In this document: piece by piece, positions 15,865-19,565 of the stretch | How the letters are laid out: each line of letters begins with the position of its first letter | How positions within the stretch are numbered: the first letter of the stretch is position 1 | Assembly: GCA_034408725.1 (NCBI GenBank) | Contig: JAWXCN010000214.1 | Coordinates: forward strand, 1 to 19,565 | DNA: 19,565 bases | Reading direction: 5' to 3' | Origin: Candidatus Hydrogenedentota bacterium | GTDB taxonomy: Bacteria; Hydrogenedentota; Hydrogenedentia; Hydrogenedentales; SLHB01 | Program-made: the position numbers and the translations under genes | Notes under the pieces: generated by a model | What the model saw: the letters and a program-made list of their open reading frames with translations, nothing else | Databases searched by the model: none | Told to the model about the DNA's origin: nothing

Positions 15865-16865
15865 ACGGTGACACGCGCGCGCGCCTCTTCGGTTACAGCC
15901 GTGCTTTCGATCTCCCGGTGGTGGCCGCGGTGTCTGGCGCCATACTCCTACTCCTGATTATTACGCCGCTCCTCATTTGGTTGTTGGTCATGACCGGTAA
16001 AGTCTCGAATATTCACAGGCGCGAACTGATGCTGCGCTATTACTCGTGGCTGGTGCTCACGCCGCTCTTACTCCTTCCAATTCTTGCCGGGGCCGCGTGG
16101 ACGATACTCGGCGTTGGCGTGCTCAGTCTCGTCTGCTATCGTGAATTCGCCCGTGCTGTCGGCTTGTTCCGGGAAAAACTGATCAGTCTGCTCGTTGCGG
16201 CCGGTATTCTCGCCATCACCTTCGCGGTAATCGACAACTGGTACGCGTTCTTCGTTGCGCTGACGCCGATCACCATCAGCATCATCGCGGCCGCAGCGAT
16301 CCTCCAAGATCAGCCCAAAGGCTATATCGAACGCGTCGCGCTCGGCGTGCTCGCTTTCGTCCTGTTCGGAAGCTCGTTCGGGCATCTCGGTTTCTTCGCC
16401 AACGATCCACACTACAGGGGCTACCTCATCCTGATCTTGCTATGCGTCGAGATGAACGACGTCTTCGCCTATATCTCCGGTAAAACCATCGGCCGCCGGA
16501 AACTCGCGCCCAATACCAGCCCAAACAAAACGCTCGGAGGCGCGCTCGGCGCATTGCTTTTCACGACGCTACTGGTTTGCGCACTGGGCAGTTTCGTGTT
16601 CGCGGGCACGGTCTTGGCATCCTGGCATCATCTGCTCACCCTCGGCATTCTCATCAGCATTGGCGGACAGTTTGGCGATCTCATGATGTCCTCGATCAAA
16701 CGTGATTTGGGAATCAAGGACATGGGCGTCACCATTCCCGGTCACGGCGGATTCCTCGACCGCTTCGACAGCATCATTCTCGTTGCGCCGGCCGTTTTTC
16801 ATTACGTGAATTATTTTGTAGGCATAGGACCCGAACAGGCGCGGCGCATTATTTCGGGGGGCTGA
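15861..16865 (+). CDS. cdsA: Phosphatidate cytidylyltransferase (CdsA family, YnbB-like paralog)
   Basis: NDVFAYISGKTIGRRKLAPNTSPNKTLGG and GDLMMSSIKRDLGIKDMGVTIPGHGGFLDRFDS. ATG15861 overlaps the upstream stop (ATGA), so the ORF-track start at 15393 is rejected. Confidence 0.92.
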   Translation: MNGDTRARLFGYSRAFDLPVVAAVSGAILLLLIITPLLIWLLVMTGKVSNIHRRELMLRYYSWLVLTPLLLLPILAGAAWTILGVGVLSLVCYREFARAVGLFREKLISLLVAAGILAITFAVIDNWYAFFVALTPITISIIAAAAILQDQPKGYIERVALGVLAFVLFGSSFGHLGFFANDPHYRGYLILILLCVEMNDVFAYISGKTIGRRKLAPNTSPNKTLGGALGALLFTTLLVCALGSFVFAGTVLASWHHLLTLGILISIGGQFGDLMMSSIKRDLGIKDMGVTIPGHGGFLDRFDSIILVAPAVFHYVNYFVGIGPEQARRIISGG

Positions 16866-16868
16866 GCG

Positions 16869-17624
16869 ATGCAGAAGTGGAACCTTAAACCGGCCCGCGA
16901 TCTTGGAATGCCGCTGAATAAAAGCCTGCGCAGTTTGCAGCGCGAAAACGGGTTGATCGCCACGGCGTTCCATCTTGCGTTTTGGACCTGCGTGAAGGTG
17001 TACCTGAAACTCTGGCACCGGCTCTCCGTGCGCGGGGAGCATCACATTCCCGCCACGCTTCCGTTTGTACTCGTTGCGAACCATTCCAGCCATCTGGATG
17101 CGCTCGTGCTCGCAAGCAGGGTGCCCTGGCGGCACCGCGACCAAACCTTCCCCATCGCCGCGGGCGACGTGTTTTTCGATTCGCCCATGACTGCGTCATT
17201 TGCGGCGATGATGTTGAACGCGTTGCCAATGTGGAGAAAGAAATGCGGCCCGCGCGATTTGCAGGAGTTGCGCGAAAGGCTCGTCTCCGAACCCTGCGCG
17301 TATATCCTCTTTCCGGAAGGAACGCGAAGCCGCACTGGAGCCATGACGCGGTTTCGTCCCGGATTGGGCGCGTTGGTGGCGGAGACTGCAGTCGCGGTCG
17401 TGCCCTGTTATCTGGAAGGCTGTTTCGAGGCGCTGCGGCCGGAATGGAAGCTCCCGCGGCTCAAGCGGGTCACGCTGCATGTGGGCGAGCCAGTGACATT
17501 CAACGAGGTCGCGAATGATCGCGCGGGTTGGATATCCATCGCCGAAACGATGGAGGCCCGCGTGAAACGCCTTTCGGGAGTCGTCGCCACGGCAACGGAT
17601 CAAGCTTCATCCGGACCAGCGTAG
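16869..17624 (+). CDS. plsC: 1-acyl-sn-glycerol-3-phosphate (lysophospholipid) acyltransferase
   Basis: HX4D motif NHSSHLD, FPEGTRS, FRPGLG and VVPCYL. Starts 3 nt after the cdsA-like stop. Confidence 0.9.
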   Translation: MQKWNLKPARDLGMPLNKSLRSLQRENGLIATAFHLAFWTCVKVYLKLWHRLSVRGEHHIPATLPFVLVANHSSHLDALVLASRVPWRHRDQTFPIAAGDVFFDSPMTASFAAMMLNALPMWRKKCGPRDLQELRERLVSEPCAYILFPEGTRSRTGAMTRFRPGLGALVAETAVAVVPCYLEGCFEALRPEWKLPRLKRVTLHVGEPVTFNEVANDRAGWISIAETMEARVKRLSGVVATATDQASSGPA

Positions 17625-17710
17625 TTTGCAATTCGAATATCAGGAACATTCACGGGTGACGGGTCGTTTCATTCTTTGAGGGATATCTGTTCCTCGTGAA
17701 AGGCGCCAGC

Positions 17711-18715
17711 ATGCGAAACATCTTGTTCCTCTTTCTGTTATCCGCGTTTACCGGCATTGAAGTCGCCGCTCAACCGCCAGGTTCACCCTACGACGCGGAA
17801 CTCACCACCTATCCATATCCATATCCGGTAACGTTCCATAATATCGTGTCACAGGGCGAAGGCTTGAAAATGGCCTATCTCGAAGTAGTTCCGAACTCCG
17901 CGAACGGGAAGACCGTATTGCTGCTGCATGGCAAGAATTTTAACGCCGCGTATTGGGAGCGGACCATTCGCGATCTGGCGGCCGGCGGATTCAGGGTCAT
18001 CGCGCCGGACCAAATCGGGTTTGGAAAATCCTCGAAACCCCATCACTACCAATTCAGCTTCCATCAACTCGCGGAAAACTCGCACAACCTGCTAACGGCG
18101 CTCGGCGTATCGCGCGTGTCGGTAGTCGGGCATTCGATGGGAGGCATGCTGGCCACCCGGTTCGCATTGATGTATCCCGACACGACTGACCGGTTGGTCC
18201 TCGTGAATCCAATTGGCCTCGAAGACTACAGGATTGGCGTCCCATACAAATCAGTCGATGCATGGTTTGCCGATGAATTGCGTGCGACACCGGAGAGCAT
18301 TCGCGCATATCAGGAGCAGAACTATTTCGGCGGCGTCTGGAAGTCCGAATACAATTCCCTGATCGACGCGCCCGCGGGTTGGACCCGGCATTCGGATTAC
18401 CCGCGCGTAGCCTGGTGCTCGGCACTCGTATACGACATGATCGTGACGCAACCCGTCGTGTACGAGTTTTCAAAAGTGCGCGCGCCCACGCTCCTGATCA
18501 TCGGCACACGAGATCGGACAGCTATCGGCAAGGCCTTCGCCCCGCCTGCCGTCGCCGCAACGCTCGGCGACTACGGAGAACTCGGCAAGAAAACGGCACG
18601 CGCAATTCCCGGCGCAAAACTCGTGGAAATTCAGGAGGCCGGCCACATGCCGCAAGTCGAGACATACAACATCTATTACCACGCGCTGTCATCGTTTTTA
18701 ATGGAGTCGCCATGA
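17711..18715 (+). CDS. Exported alpha/beta hydrolase
   Basis: Signal peptide MRNILFLFLLSAFTGIEVAA. Motifs LLLHGKNF, VIAPDQIGFGKS, GHSMGG, PTLLIIGTRD and AGHMPQ. GTG17696 is an alternative start. Confidence 0.9.
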   Translation: MRNILFLFLLSAFTGIEVAAQPPGSPYDAELTTYPYPYPVTFHNIVSQGEGLKMAYLEVVPNSANGKTVLLLHGKNFNAAYWERTIRDLAAGGFRVIAPDQIGFGKSSKPHHYQFSFHQLAENSHNLLTALGVSRVSVVGHSMGGMLATRFALMYPDTTDRLVLVNPIGLEDYRIGVPYKSVDAWFADELRATPESIRAYQEQNYFGGVWKSEYNSLIDAPAGWTRHSDYPRVAWCSALVYDMIVTQPVVYEFSKVRAPTLLIIGTRDRTAIGKAFAPPAVAATLGDYGELGKKTARAIPGAKLVEIQEAGHMPQVETYNIYYHALSSFLMESP

Positions 18716-18743
18716 ACCGGGTCGAATTAGTTATACTCTCATC

Positions 18744-18986
18744 ATGAAAACTGTAAATGCCGATGAGCTAAAACAAGATTTGGACCGGGTGATCGCGGAA
18801 GTTGCGGCGAGCCATGAGCCGGTACAAGTGGCGGCAGCATCGTCTCGCGCCGTGCTTGTTAGTGAGGATGATTGGCGAGCAATGCAAGAAACTTTGTTTC
18901 TTGTTTCCATTCCTGGTATGCGAGATTCCATTCGCGAAGGCCTATCGACACCAATTGAAGATTGTGATTCGGAGCCCAATTGGTGA
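18744..18986 (+). CDS. yefM: Type II antitoxin, Phd/YefM (Axe) family
   Basis: SHEPVQV..AVLVSEDDWRAMQETLFLVSIPGMRDSIREG. The stop overlaps the toxin start (GTGA, 18983-18986). Confidence 0.9.
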   Translation: MKTVNADELKQDLDRVIAEVAASHEPVQVAAASSRAVLVSEDDWRAMQETLFLVSIPGMRDSIREGLSTPIEDCDSEPNW

Positions 18987-19244
18987 AGTGGCGTTGTGTT
19001 TTCACAAAGCAGGCCAATAAACGCCAAAAAGCTCGCACGTATTGGACTTCAAGACAAAGTCAATCGACTGCTAAAAATCTTGGAAACAAATCCCTATCAA
19101 AATCCGCCGCAGTACGAAAAATTGGTCGGCGATTTGTCTGGAGCATACTCACGACGTATCAATGACCAGCATCGCCTCGTGTATCAGATATTGGACGACG
19201 AACGCACCGTGAAAATCGTTCGAATGTTTACCCATTACGAGTAG
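18983..19244 (+). pseudogene. yoeB: Txe/YoeB family mRNase toxin, frameshifted near 19019-19023
   Basis: GTG18983 reads MKWRCVFTKQANK, a typical N-terminus. The remainder (AKKLARIGL..NPYQNPPQYEKLVGDLSGAYSRRINDQHRLVYQI..VKIVRMFTHYE*) is in the +1 frame. The 262-nt span is not a multiple of 3. Confidence 0.85.
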
Positions 19245-19315
19245 CCACGAATCCTTGTGCGAAACGATGCCGTAAGGTCGCCATCCTGACTGTAAACACG
19301 TATTGCCGCGAAACC

Positions 19316-19564
19316 TCAGCCACGCATCTGCGCTATCGTCGCTTCAAGGCCTTCCTGCAACCCAACCTCCGGCGACCAGCCGAGCGTCTTTTTCGCGAGC
19401 GTATTGTCGCAGGTGATCGCATGGACCTCACCCGCACGTAAAGGTTTCCGGATTGCCTCTTGCGAAAAGTAGAGCACCTCTTTAAGCGCGTCAAATATCT
19501 CGTTCACCGTCGTGCCCGTACCGTTCGATATGTTCATCGTCATATTGTCGCCGCGCTCGAGCGC
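19316..19564 (-). CDS. NAD-dependent epimerase/dehydratase (GalE-like extended SDR), C-terminal fragment; 5' part outside the window
   Basis: The frame is open to the window edge (ALERGDNM...). NISNGTGTTVNEI, RAGEV..CDNTLAKKTLGWSPEVGLQEGL are typical extended-SDR C-terminal motifs. Confidence 0.85.
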   Translation of the reverse strand, partial: ALERGDNMTMNISNGTGTTVNEIFDALKEVLYFSQEAIRKPLRAGEVHAITCDNTLAKKTLGWSPEVGLQEGLEATIAQMRG

Positions 19565-19565
19565 G

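Overview
A GC-rich (roughly 60% by eye) bacterial chromosomal window, densely coding. Taxonomy is inference only: the WD40/PPC protein, ThuA-like protein, PF12831-type oxidoreductase and LTSC-P lipoprotein suggest a PVC-like or Hydrogenedentes-like organism. In order: 5'-truncated WD40 + Ig/PPC multidomain protein; membrane-anchored Asp-box (sialidase-like) protein; alpha/beta hydrolase; exported FAD-dependent oxidoreductase; a hexamer-built 27-bp inverted repeat; moaE with a coupled membrane protein; an acidic lipoprotein; a repeat-rich intergenic region; tRNA-Leu(CAA) with promoter and terminator; a transglutaminase-like protein with an altered catalytic motif; a stand-alone receiver domain; a ThuA-like protein; a PL1-type pectate lyase; a small basic protein; a tightly coupled lipid operon (SMR/ArnEF-like transporter, YnbA-like CDP-alcohol phosphotransferase, YnbB/CdsA, PlsC) followed by an exported alpha/beta hydrolase; a yefM-yoeB module with a frameshifted toxin; and the 3' end of an NAD-dependent epimerase. 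I saw no integrase, transposase, CRISPR array or rRNA. The best candidate for an undescribed system is the accessory lipid operon with a putative flippase. The clearest sequence anomaly is the yoeB frameshift.
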